Source of the DNA: an uncultured Lutibacter sp.
GTDB taxonomy: Bacteria > Bacteroidota > Bacteroidia > Flavobacteriales > Flavobacteriaceae
Assembly: GCA_964491495.1 (NCBI GenBank)
Contig: CAZBGP010000001.1
Coordinates: forward strand, 7,686 to 65,850
Direction of reading: 5' to 3'
Length of the DNA: 58,165 nt
Positions 41,999 to 51,378 of the stretch are shown here, piece by piece (position 1 is the first letter of the stretch; every line of letters starts with the position of its first letter). Position numbers and translations under genes: made by a program. Below the pieces are notes generated by a model. That model did not search any database and had not been told where the DNA came from. It saw only the letters and a list, made by a program, of their open reading frames with translations.

Positions 41999-42634
41999 AT
42001 GGCACAATCAAAAAACAGAAAAAAATTATTTAATTACGCTTATGGTATTGGCGCATCTATTGTAATTTTAGGTGCATTGTTTAAAATTCAGCACTGGACC
42101 GGTGGTAGTGAAATGTTAACAATAGGAATGGTTGTGGAAGCAATTGTATTTTTTATCTCTGCTTTTGATTCTGTTGAAGAGGATTTGGACTGGACCTTAA
42201 TTTATCCTGAATTGGCCGGTGGTGACAGACGTGAGAAAGAATCTGGACAAGCCAAAGAAGTGCAGGGAATGCTTTCACAAAAATTAGATGATATGCTTAG
42301 AGATGCAAAGCTTGATTCAGGTTTAATGCAAAGTTTAAGCGAAAGCATACAAAATTTTAAAGGAGCAGCCGAAAATATCGCTCCGGCAGTAAATTCTATT
42401 GCTGCAACCAATAAATACAGTGAACAAATGTTTTTGGCCGCCGCACAAATGGAATCTTTAAATAGCCTATATAAAGTTCAGGTGGAAAGCACAAGCAAGC
42501 AAGCAGAAATTAACTTGCAGGTTACAGAAAATGCAACTAGATTAAAAGAGCAAATGGAATCATTGGCCACAAACCTATCATCACTTAATGGTGTTTATGG
42601 CGGTATGTTATCAGCAATGTCAATTAAAAACTAA
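41999..42634 (+). CDS. gldL: Gliding motility / T9SS motor protein GldL
   Basis: YGIGASIVILGALFKIQH, TM Glu (VEAIVF), DWTLIYPEL, VYGGMLSAM. Confidence 0.96.
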   Translation: MAQSKNRKKLFNYAYGIGASIVILGALFKIQHWTGGSEMLTIGMVVEAIVFFISAFDSVEEDLDWTLIYPELAGGDRREKESGQAKEVQGMLSQKLDDMLRDAKLDSGLMQSLSESIQNFKGAAENIAPAVNSIAATNKYSEQMFLAAAQMESLNSLYKVQVESTSKQAEINLQVTENATRLKEQMESLATNLSSLNGVYGGMLSAMSIKN

Positions 42635-42678
42635 TTAGTTGAGAAATAAATTAATTATTAACTTAAAAACTAATTGGT

Positions 42679-44208
42679 ATGGCTTCAGGTAAATTATCAC
42701 CAAGGCAGAAAATGATTAATGTCATGTACTTAGTTTTCATCTCTATGATTGCGATGCAAATGTCTAAGGAAGTACTTTCTGCGTTTGGATTTATGAATGA
42801 AAAACTTACAGAGAATAACACAACAGCCTCTGTAAAAAATACGGCTACTCTCGAAAATTTGGCAACCAAGGCAGCAGAGCAGCCCGAAAAATACAGCGAA
42901 CTTCATGCGAAAGCAATTGAAGTTGACAAACTTTCTTCAAAATTTAATGATTATTTAGAAGAAAAAAAGCAATTTTTTCTTTTAGGTCAAAAAGATCAGA
43001 CCAATTATGAAGCAATGGACCAAACCAGCACTGTTGATGAACACTTTTTTAAAGGTGATAAATTCACAACTGAAGGTCAGGAATTTTTGGACCAAATAAA
43101 TGGCTATAGAGATGCTATTATTAAAATTGTCGGAGAAAAAAGTCCTTTAGCCGCAACCATTAAAAATAGATTTGATACGTCTCCTCAAGATGCGAAAGGC
43201 GGCAAGCAGCTTTGGCTAAAAAACAGATATGAGGGATTTCCTTTAATTTCTACCATTACCAATTTAACCTCTATGCAAACCGATATCAGAACAACACAAT
43301 CTGAGATTTTTGGAACGCTTTTGGGTGGACAATTGGAAAGCGATGTTTCTATGTCCAATTATAAAACAATATTAATTCCAGAAAAATCTGCTTTTTTCCA
43401 AGGTGAGAACTTTAAAGGAAAAATAGTTTTAGGACGTTATGATGCGTCTTTAAAACCGTCTGAAGTGGTAGTTAATGGAACTAATATTACAACTATTGTA
43501 GATGGCGGAGCTATTTTAGATTTTCCTGCCGGTGCAGTTGGTGAACGTGAAATAAAAGGAAAATTTGTTTTTATTGAAAACGGAAAACCTGTTGAAATTG
43601 AAATTAGCAGTTCCTACGCCGTTATTCCAAAACCAAACAGTGCTGTAATTTCTGCAGATAAAATGAATGTTGTTTATAGGGGAGTGCCAAACCCAATGAC
43701 AATTTCAATTCCTGGAATACCAGATAATTTAGTGAATGCATCTGGTGCTGGATTGTCTAAAGCAGGAGGATCAGGTAAATATATTATGACACCGGGTACA
43801 GGAAGAGAAGTTAAAATAAATGTTACGGGAAAATTACCTAACGGACAATCGGTTAGTTCATCACAGGCTTTTAGGATTAAGGATATTCCTTCACCTAGCG
43901 GTGCCATAAGAAAACAATCTGGCTATGTTAAAATGCCTTCATCAAGTTTAGAGAATTCTACCGTTAGTGCAGAATTGCCTGATTTTGATTTTGACTTGGT
44001 GTTAAATACCTCAGGATTTACACTTAAAGTGCCTGGGCAATCTGCCGTGGTTGTTAGCGGAAATAAAATGAATGACGCAGCCAGAAAAGCAATTGCTAAA
44101 GCAAAAAGAGGTGATGTGATTACAATATTCGACATAAAATCGTCGTTATCAGGTAATAGCTCTTATAAAATAAAAGACGCTTCGGCAGTGAGTATTGAAA
44201 TACAATAA
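42679..44208 (+). CDS. gldM: Gliding motility / T9SS motor protein GldM
   Basis: SPRQKMINVMYLVF, ISADKMNVVYRGVPNP. Confidence 0.96.
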   Translation: MASGKLSPRQKMINVMYLVFISMIAMQMSKEVLSAFGFMNEKLTENNTTASVKNTATLENLATKAAEQPEKYSELHAKAIEVDKLSSKFNDYLEEKKQFFLLGQKDQTNYEAMDQTSTVDEHFFKGDKFTTEGQEFLDQINGYRDAIIKIVGEKSPLAATIKNRFDTSPQDAKGGKQLWLKNRYEGFPLISTITNLTSMQTDIRTTQSEIFGTLLGGQLESDVSMSNYKTILIPEKSAFFQGENFKGKIVLGRYDASLKPSEVVVNGTNITTIVDGGAILDFPAGAVGEREIKGKFVFIENGKPVEIEISSSYAVIPKPNSAVISADKMNVVYRGVPNPMTISIPGIPDNLVNASGAGLSKAGGSGKYIMTPGTGREVKINVTGKLPNGQSVSSSQAFRIKDIPSPSGAIRKQSGYVKMPSSSLENSTVSAELPDFDFDLVLNTSGFTLKVPGQSAVVVSGNKMNDAARKAIAKAKRGDVITIFDIKSSLSGNSSYKIKDASAVSIEIQ

Positions 44209-44219
44209 AATAATTTTAA

Positions 44220-45122
44220 ATGATGAATAAGAGAAATATTGGAATTTTTATTTTGGCATTTGTGCTGTTTAATACCATGTATGCGCAGTCAAATTTGTTG
44301 AATGCCAAAAAACCTTCTGATATTGGAAAAAAAACAGAAGCCCAAAAAGCCGTCGACAATGACAAGCCATTGACCTATGGATATATTGATGATAGAGATA
44401 TTCTTTGGTCTAAAGTTGTATGGGAGTTCATTGATTTAAATGAGCGAATTAATATGCCATTTTATTATCCTGTAGATACCATGAATGTGTCATTGGATAG
44501 ACGATCACTGTTTGACACCTTGTTAAAAGGTATAAAAAACGGAGATATCACAGAGATTTATGATGATTCCTATTTTACGGCTAAAATGACCAAAGCTGAA
44601 ATTAACAGCAAGCTTTTTAGAATTGACACTACAGATGCAGGGTTTGATGAGATGAATGCCGGAAACCAAAATATTGATGAGTATGTTGATAAAATTAATT
44701 TAACTTCTCAAGATATTGAAGGATTTAAAATTAAAGGACTTTGGTATTTTGACAAACGTCAGGGTGAATTAAAATATCGCTTGGTAGCTTTGGCCCCGAT
44801 TGCGCCAGATGTGCAAACTATGGGTAGAGAAGATATTGATATTTCTGAACAATTGGCATTGTTCTGGGTTTATTTTCCCGATGCACGCCAAGTGCTTCAC
44901 AACGCAAAAGTTTTCAATCAAAAAAATTCAGCTTATCCAATTTCATATGACCATTTGTTGAATGCCAGAAGATTTAGTTCGATTATCTATAAAGAAGAAA
45001 ATATTTATGGCGATCGAGATGTTGATCAATACGTCAAAGGAAATGCATTATTTCAAGTATTGGAATCTGATAAAATTAAAGATGATATCAGAAATAAAGA
45101 ACTCAATATGTGGAATTATTAA
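44220..45122 (+). CDS. gldN: Gliding motility / T9SS protein GldN
   Basis: DILWSKVVW..IDLNERIN.P, WYFDKRQGELKYR, LFWVYFP, RRFSSIIYKE. Confidence 0.95.
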   Translation: MMNKRNIGIFILAFVLFNTMYAQSNLLNAKKPSDIGKKTEAQKAVDNDKPLTYGYIDDRDILWSKVVWEFIDLNERINMPFYYPVDTMNVSLDRRSLFDTLLKGIKNGDITEIYDDSYFTAKMTKAEINSKLFRIDTTDAGFDEMNAGNQNIDEYVDKINLTSQDIEGFKIKGLWYFDKRQGELKYRLVALAPIAPDVQTMGREDIDISEQLALFWVYFPDARQVLHNAKVFNQKNSAYPISYDHLLNARRFSSIIYKEENIYGDRDVDQYVKGNALFQVLESDKIKDDIRNKELNMWNY

Positions 45123-45141
45123 AAAATTAATATCGAAATCT

Positions 45142-45170
45142 AAAAACTCCTGCAATTTGCGGGAGTTTTT
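45142..45170 (+). terminator. Intrinsic terminator after gldN
   Basis: AAAAACTCCTGC-aattt-GCGGGAGTTTTT. Confidence 0.8.
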
Positions 45171-45193
45171 GTTTTATAAAGTAACTTTACACG

Positions 45194-46234
45194 ATGCAAG
45201 TAGATTATATTATTGTTGGTTTGGGATTGGGGGGATTGGCTTTTACCAAAGAATTGGAAAAAAATGAAAAATCATTTTTGGTTTTTGAAGACAATTCCCA
45301 AAATTCTTCTATTGTAGCAGGCGGCGTTTACAATCCGGTCGTATTAAAACGCTTCACGCCCGTTTGGAATGCAACGGAACAATTGCAAATCGCTTTGCCA
45401 TTTTATAAAGAGCTTGAAATTCAATTCAATAAAAAGTACGATTATCCCTTAGACATTTATCGTGTATTTAAATCGGTTGAAGAACAAAATAATTGGTTTT
45501 CGGCCTGTGACAATCCAACACTTTCCAATTTTATGGATACCAAATTAATTAAGGAAAAGCACGAAGGAGTTTTATCCAATTTTGGTTATGGGAAATTATT
45601 AAATACCGGACGAATCGATACAAAATCGTTAATTGAAGATTATCGGAATTATTTATCGCAAAGAAAACTAATCAGGAATGAAAGTTTTCAATATGAAGCC
45701 TTAGAAATTTATGAAAACTGGGTTGAATATAAAGATGTAATGGCTTCAACAATTGTTTTTTGTGAGGGCTTCGGTTTAAAAAATAATCCTTTTTTTAATG
45801 AGTTGCCCATGCAGGAAGCCAAAGGTGAGTTAATTACCATTCATGCACCCAATTTAAATGTTGATTTTTTAATAAAAGCTGCTTTGTTTGTGTTTCCGCT
45901 TGGGGATAATTTGTACAAAGTGGGCGCCACTTTTAATTGGAAAGACAAAACGCAGCATCCAACGGAAGAAGGCAAAAACGAACTGACAACCAAATTGGAA
46001 ACATTTATTATGGTTCCTTACACAATTGTGGAGCATGTTGCCGGGATTAGGCCAACGATTAAAGACAGAAGGCCTTTGGCGGGAAAACATCCAAACCATC
46101 CAAACTTGGCAGTTTTAAATGGCCTTGGAACGCGCGGTGTGATGATTGCACCAACCCTTGCAAAAGCACTTTATGATCATATAGAAAATGGAATTGCGTT
46201 GGATAAAGAAATTTCTATTGCGCGTTTTCTTTAG
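45194..46234 (+). CDS. FAD-dependent oxidoreductase (DAO family)
   Basis: IIVGLGLGG, AGIRPT..DRRP, NGLGTRGV. Confidence 0.85.
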   Translation: MQVDYIIVGLGLGGLAFTKELEKNEKSFLVFEDNSQNSSIVAGGVYNPVVLKRFTPVWNATEQLQIALPFYKELEIQFNKKYDYPLDIYRVFKSVEEQNNWFSACDNPTLSNFMDTKLIKEKHEGVLSNFGYGKLLNTGRIDTKSLIEDYRNYLSQRKLIRNESFQYEALEIYENWVEYKDVMASTIVFCEGFGLKNNPFFNELPMQEAKGELITIHAPNLNVDFLIKAALFVFPLGDNLYKVGATFNWKDKTQHPTEEGKNELTTKLETFIMVPYTIVEHVAGIRPTIKDRRPLAGKHPNHPNLAVLNGLGTRGVMIAPTLAKALYDHIENGIALDKEISIARFL

Positions 46235-46613
46235 ATTTAATGGCATTAGGATTGTATTTTACAAAAAGATTGATCCAGCCTATTCTTGAAAACCTTATTG
46301 TAAGTGGAGCTGTTAAAACCAAAGCAATCACAATCGGCACAAAACTTTCCACCAAACTAAAGTCAAAAAACAGGGTAACTATAACAAAAGTTGCGATTGA
46401 AATTCCAACAGTGAGCGTGTAGTTTATGTACATGGCACCATAATAAAAGGAGGGTTCCATCATGTATTTTAAGCCACATTTTGAGCACTTTTCATGCATT
46501 TGAAACGCTTTATGTAATTTTAACATATTCTTCTCTCTCATGAAATCCCCTTCGTGACATCGCGGACATTTGTTGAATAAAATGCTGTAAAGCTTACTTC
46601 CTTTTTTAAACAT
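46215..46613 (-). CDS. DUF983-family membrane protein with zinc ribbon
   Basis: KCPRCHEG...CSKCG...EPSFYYGAMY followed by two TM helices. Confidence 0.8.
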   Translation of the reverse strand: MFKKGSKLYSILFNKCPRCHEGDFMREKNMLKLHKAFQMHEKCSKCGLKYMMEPSFYYGAMYINYTLTVGISIATFVIVTLFFDFSLVESFVPIVIALVLTAPLTIRFSRIGWINLFVKYNPNAIKSKENAQ

Positions 46614-46744
46614 TTATTATTTTATTAGATTGAAATTCAGCCAATTATTAAATTAAAAACTTTAATTGAGTGCCAAATTTATTTGTAGTACTTTTGTACG
46701 ATTTTTAAAACGCATACAAATTTACATTAAATTATAAACTATTA

Positions 46745-48664
46745 ATGCTTAACGTACACAATTTATCGGTTTCTTTTGCCGGTTCCGATTTATTTTCAGG
46801 AGTAACTTTTAAATTAAATAAAGGTGACCGAATTGGATTAATCGGAAAAAATGGTGCTGGAAAATCGACTTTGCTAAAAGTTCTTTCTAAGGATATTGAA
46901 AATTCTGGCGGAACTATGGCTTTTGATAAAGAGGTGAGAATCGGATTTTTACGTCAGGATATTGATTTTGTTGAAGGAAGAACAATTTTGGATGAAGCTT
47001 ATCAGGCTTTCCAAGAAATTAAGCAGCTGGAAGAAAAATTGGAAATTATCAACCATGAATTGGTGACAAGAACCGATTATGAAAGTGAATACTATCATGA
47101 TTTAATGGTTAATTTAAATGAGTTTTCTCATCGATATGAATTGTTGGGCGGTTATAATTATCAAGGAAATACCGAAAAAATATTGCAGGGTTTGGGCTTC
47201 CAAAGAGAAGATTTCGACAAACTGACAGATACTTTTTCCGGAGGATGGAGAATGCGAATCGAATTGGCAAAGTTGCTTTTGCAGGAAAATGACATTTTAT
47301 TGCTGGATGAGCCAACAAACCATTTGGATATAGAATCTATTATTTGGTTGGAAAATTTTCTGAAAGTTTATTCCGGAGCCATTGTTTTGGTTTCGCATGA
47401 TAAAATGTTTTTAGACAATGTCACCAACCGAACCATAGAAATTTCTTTGGGCAAGATTTACGATTACAAAAAACCATATTCTCAGTTTTTGTTATTGCGC
47501 GGTGAAATAAAAGAAAAACAGTTACAGGCACAAAAAAATCAGGAAAAAGAAATTAAGGCTACACAAGTTTTAATAGATAAGTTTAGGGCAAAGGCCAACA
47601 AGGCAACGATGGCACAATCTTTAATAAAAAGATTGGATAAAGTGGAACGCATAGAAGTTGATGATGATGACAATGCGGTGATGAATGTGAAGTTTCAAAT
47701 TTCCAAAGAACCTGGAAAAATTGTCATAGAAGCAGAAAATTTATCGAAAAGTTACGGCAAAAAACATGTGTTGGAAGATGTGGATCTGCTCATAGAAAGA
47801 AACAGCAAAATTGCTTTTGTTGGACAAAACGGACAAGGAAAATCGACGTTGGCAAAAATAATGGTGGGAGAAATTCCGCACGGCGGTCATTTAAAGTTGG
47901 GCCACAATGTGGAAATCGGCTATTTTGCCCAAAACCAGTCGGAGTATTTGGATGCTGAAAAAACAGTATTGGAAATCATGGAAGATGCCGCAACAGACAC
48001 CAACCGATCTCGAGTTAGAGATATGTTGGGATCGTTTTTGTTTAGCGGTGATACAGTGGACAAAAAAGCAAAAATGTTGTCGGGAGGTGAAAGAAACAGA
48101 TTGGCATTGTGCAAATTATTGCTGTCGCCATTCAATGTGTTGATTATGGATGAGCCTACAAATCACTTGGATATCGCTTCAAAAAATGTGTTAAAAATGG
48201 CACTTAAAAAGTTTGAAGGAACGTTGATTTTAGTTTCGCACGACAGGGATTTTTTACAAGGATTGGCTACAACTGTTTATGGTTTTAAAGACAAGGTAAT
48301 TAAAGAATATTTGGGTGATATCGATTTTTTCCTTGAGCAACATCAGATAGAAAATTTACGTGAAGCTGAAAAAAGAACCGTGGTTGTGAAAAAAACAGAA
48401 ACTTCCAAAAAAGAGGTTTCTCATTCTTCAAGAGAAGAAGACAAGGAACTTAAAAAGTTGAAAAACCAATTGTCGAAAATTGAAACGCAAATTGATAATT
48501 TGGAAAAGGAAATTTTGGAAATGGATGAAGCATTAGTGAAGGATTATGAGGCAACTTCTAGCAAAACCAATTTTTTCGAAAATTACAAGGCAAAAAAAAG
48601 CAAAGTGGAAAAGTTGATGGACGAATGGGCTGAAATTGAAGAAAAGACAGAAAATTGCTCTTAG
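46745..48664 (+). CDS. ABC-F family ATP-binding protein
   Basis: Two NBDs (GKNGAGKST, FSGGW, LLDEPTNHLD; GQNGQGKST, LSGGE), no TM helices, C-terminal coiled coil. Confidence 0.93.
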   Translation: MLNVHNLSVSFAGSDLFSGVTFKLNKGDRIGLIGKNGAGKSTLLKVLSKDIENSGGTMAFDKEVRIGFLRQDIDFVEGRTILDEAYQAFQEIKQLEEKLEIINHELVTRTDYESEYYHDLMVNLNEFSHRYELLGGYNYQGNTEKILQGLGFQREDFDKLTDTFSGGWRMRIELAKLLLQENDILLLDEPTNHLDIESIIWLENFLKVYSGAIVLVSHDKMFLDNVTNRTIEISLGKIYDYKKPYSQFLLLRGEIKEKQLQAQKNQEKEIKATQVLIDKFRAKANKATMAQSLIKRLDKVERIEVDDDDNAVMNVKFQISKEPGKIVIEAENLSKSYGKKHVLEDVDLLIERNSKIAFVGQNGQGKSTLAKIMVGEIPHGGHLKLGHNVEIGYFAQNQSEYLDAEKTVLEIMEDAATDTNRSRVRDMLGSFLFSGDTVDKKAKMLSGGERNRLALCKLLLSPFNVLIMDEPTNHLDIASKNVLKMALKKFEGTLILVSHDRDFLQGLATTVYGFKDKVIKEYLGDIDFFLEQHQIENLREAEKRTVVVKKTETSKKEVSHSSREEDKELKKLKNQLSKIETQIDNLEKEILEMDEALVKDYEATSSKTNFFENYKAKKSKVEKLMDEWAEIEEKTENCS

Positions 48665-49587
48665 AAAGTAAAAATAGCCGCATACAACAAATTCACTTTT
48701 CTGAAATTGAAAATAGTGGCGTTTCTCTTTTTATAAAACGCGAAGATGAATTGCATCCTTTTATTTCAGGAAACAAATACCGAAAATTAAAATACAATTT
48801 AGCGGAAGCTGCAAAGCAACAAAAATCAACCTTACTAACTTTTGGCGGTGCATATTCCAACCACATTGCCGCAACCGCCGCGGCTGGATTTGCCTATAAT
48901 CTAAAAACCATCGGAATTATCAGAGGCGATGAATTGGCAAATAATTTGGCCGAAACAATTCAAAATAACCCAACCTTAAAATTTGCTTCAGAACGCAATA
49001 TGCAGTTTGAATTTGTTTCCAGGGCAGATTACAGAGAAAAAACCACACCTGAATTCATTGAAAATCTTCAAGAAAAATTTGGCGACTTTTATTTGGTTCC
49101 AGAAGGTGGCACAAATAATTTTGCCGTAAAAGGCTGCGAAGAAATCTTGACAACGGAAGATGCAAAATACGATGTAATTTGTTGTGCAGTTGGCACAGGA
49201 GGAACAATATCCGGAATTATTAATTCGCTGAAAAGCTATCAAAAAGCAATCGGTTTTCCGGCGTTAAAAGGTGATTTTTTACAACATGAAATCGTCAAAT
49301 ACATACTAAAATCGGATAATTGGAGTTTATGTAATAATTATCATTTTGGTGGTTATGCAAAAGTTTCAGAAGAATTAATTACTTTTGTCAACAAATTTAA
49401 AAGTGAAACAAAAATCCCTTTAGATCCTGTTTATACAGGAAAAATGATGTTTGGCATCGTGGATTTGATCAAAAATGATTTTTTTGAAAAAGGAACCAAA
49501 ATTTTGGCAATTCATACTGGTGGTTTACAAGGAATTGATGGGATGAATTTGTTATTAAAAAAGAAAAATTTGGCACAAATAGCATAA
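48655..49587 (+). CDS. ACC deaminase / D-cysteine desulfhydrase family PLP enzyme
   Basis: IKRED, SGNKYRKL, GGAYSNH, PLDPVYTGK, HTGGLQG. Confidence 0.9.
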   Translation: MLLESKNSRIQQIHFSEIENSGVSLFIKREDELHPFISGNKYRKLKYNLAEAAKQQKSTLLTFGGAYSNHIAATAAAGFAYNLKTIGIIRGDELANNLAETIQNNPTLKFASERNMQFEFVSRADYREKTTPEFIENLQEKFGDFYLVPEGGTNNFAVKGCEEILTTEDAKYDVICCAVGTGGTISGIINSLKSYQKAIGFPALKGDFLQHEIVKYILKSDNWSLCNNYHFGGYAKVSEELITFVNKFKSETKIPLDPVYTGKMMFGIVDLIKNDFFEKGTKILAIHTGGLQGIDGMNLLLKKKNLAQIA

Positions 49588-49589
49588 AT

Positions 49590-50393
49590 ATGAAGATAAA
49601 AGTTGTTTTAATTTGTTTGTTAACCATCAGTTTTTTATCAAGCTGTAACTTGAAAAAGCAGGTTGTTCGCACAAAACACAAAACACAGTCAACCGAAAAG
49701 AAGGTGGTATCTGCTCCATCCGAAAAAAGTAAGCCATCACAAAATGCAATTGATGTAAAACAATCCATCGCAACATCAACCATTGAGTATATCAATACAT
49801 ATAAAGATGAAGCGATGAAAGAAATGCGGGAATTTAAAATCCCCGCCAGTATTAAATTGGCGCAGGGAATTATTGAATCTTCCAGCGGTAACAGTGATTT
49901 AACCAAAAGATCGAATAACCACTTCGGCATAAAATGCCACAAAGGTTGGGAGGGTGATTCTACTTTGCACGATGACGATGAAAAAGGAGAATGTTTCAGG
50001 GTGTACAAAGATCCTTTAGTTTCTTACAGAGACCACTCCCTGTTTTTAACCACAAGAAGTCGTTATGCCAATTTATTTACTTTGAAAGATGGCGATTATG
50101 TTGGTTGGGCGCAAGGTTTAAGTGAAGCCGGTTATGCAACCGACAGGCGTTATCCTGCAAAATTAATTGGCTTAATTGAAAAATATGATTTACACAAATA
50201 TGATGCGGAAGTATTAGGTATTCCGTTTAAAAAAGTAGAAAATATTAGTTTGGCCCAGCATATTGTTGCGAAAGGTGATACTTTGTACAACATCTCAAAA
50301 AGATATGGTTTAACCGTTGAAGAGCTTAAAAAAATTAATGCGCTTGCTAACAACGAGATCAGTATAGGACAAGAATTGAATATCACAAAATAA
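49590..50393 (+). CDS. Glucosaminidase (GH73) + LysM peptidoglycan hydrolase lipoprotein
   Basis: Lipobox LSSC, IPASIKLAQGIIES, NNHFGIKC, GYATD..Y, LysM motif HIVAKGDTLYNIS. Confidence 0.9.
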   Translation: MKIKVVLICLLTISFLSSCNLKKQVVRTKHKTQSTEKKVVSAPSEKSKPSQNAIDVKQSIATSTIEYINTYKDEAMKEMREFKIPASIKLAQGIIESSSGNSDLTKRSNNHFGIKCHKGWEGDSTLHDDDEKGECFRVYKDPLVSYRDHSLFLTTRSRYANLFTLKDGDYVGWAQGLSEAGYATDRRYPAKLIGLIEKYDLHKYDAEVLGIPFKKVENISLAQHIVAKGDTLYNISKRYGLTVEELKKINALANNEISIGQELNITK

Positions 50394-50456
50394 AATACTG
50401 AAAAGCATCGTTAACCTTTCGTTTATTCTTCTTCAATTCTAAAAATTAAATCGATG

Positions 50457-51083
50457 TTAAGATTTATCTACCAAATTAAAAATTGCAATTGCATACAAAT
50501 AAAATCGCACAAAACGAAGCAGTCCAAAAAGCAGTACGCCTTTTAATGGATATTTAATAATCCCTGCGGCCAAGGTGGTAATAGAATAGGGTATTGGTAA
50601 CAGTGCGCCTACAACAATTAAAAAGCCACCCCATTTTCTGATGTTTCTAATATGTTTGGCCATTTTCACTTCAAGATATACGTGAACTTTAGGTATTTTT
50701 GTTATGGCTACGCCAATGAAATAGGCGATGATTCCTCCAACATAAGATATTAATGCCAAAATTGATAAATATAACAGGGGAAAATCTGATTTACTTGCCC
50801 AGGCGATAAAAAGTTCGGGCGGAATTAATCCTAAAATTGATTCTGAAATTAAAAATACGCCCAAAACGCCCAAAGTAGGAAACGTATCAGTGATAATATT
50901 TAAAAGTGTATTAACATCAATTACAAAAAAGTGAATCGCTAAAATACCTCCAATGAATAGCAAAATTAATGGAATGGCTTTTAACATACTACTTCCCAAA
51001 AAACTATAAAAACCAGTATAGCCATAGTATTGATGCATCAACTTGATTTTTGATTTTTTTTGTTTTACTTGAGTGGAACTCAT
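50457..51083 (-). CDS. YqaA/DedA (VTT domain) family membrane protein
   Basis: SESILGLIPPE, ALLPIPYS...AG, LLRFVRFY; TACATTTG element at 51115-51122. Confidence 0.75.
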   Translation of the reverse strand: MSSTQVKQKKSKIKLMHQYYGYTGFYSFLGSSMLKAIPLILLFIGGILAIHFFVIDVNTLLNIITDTFPTLGVLGVFLISESILGLIPPELFIAWASKSDFPLLYLSILALISYVGGIIAYFIGVAITKIPKVHVYLEVKMAKHIRNIRKWGGFLIVVGALLPIPYSITTLAAGIIKYPLKGVLLFGLLRFVRFYLYAIAIFNLVDKS

Positions 51084-51378
51084 ATAATTGTTTTTTATAT
51101 TTTATAATTGGATGCAAATGTACTCTTTGTTATTCAAAATTTGAGATATCAATATGTTATTGTTACCTTAAATTTTTTAGTAAAGAATAGACTTTGTTTG
51201 ATGATTTTATTTTTTAATCATTACTATAAATCTGATTGTATTTTAGTAAAGTAAAAAATTTACCCTTTGATAATCAGTGAATTGAAGCAATGTTGATAAA
51301 TTGCAAACTTTAATAAAATTAATACCCATAAAAAAGAAATAATTCTGAATTATTAATTTTAGCGTATTTTTGCAAAAT

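Noticed and set aside
40597-45122. gldKLMN, with porT and tamL elsewhere in the window, as a novel secretion system
   Set aside because: These are the well-described T9SS/gliding motor and envelope core genes of Bacteroidota.
46661-46675. TGGCAC on the minus strand upstream of the DUF983 gene as a sigma-54 promoter
   Set aside because: There is no -12 GC/TTGC element (it reads TGGCACTCAATTAAA), and an overlapping TAAATTTG housekeeping element explains the site.
51195-51300. TGATAATCA and ATGATT...AATCAT motifs as Fur boxes
   Set aside because: They match only part of the 19-bp consensus in very AT-rich DNA, and the flanking genes have no clear link to iron.
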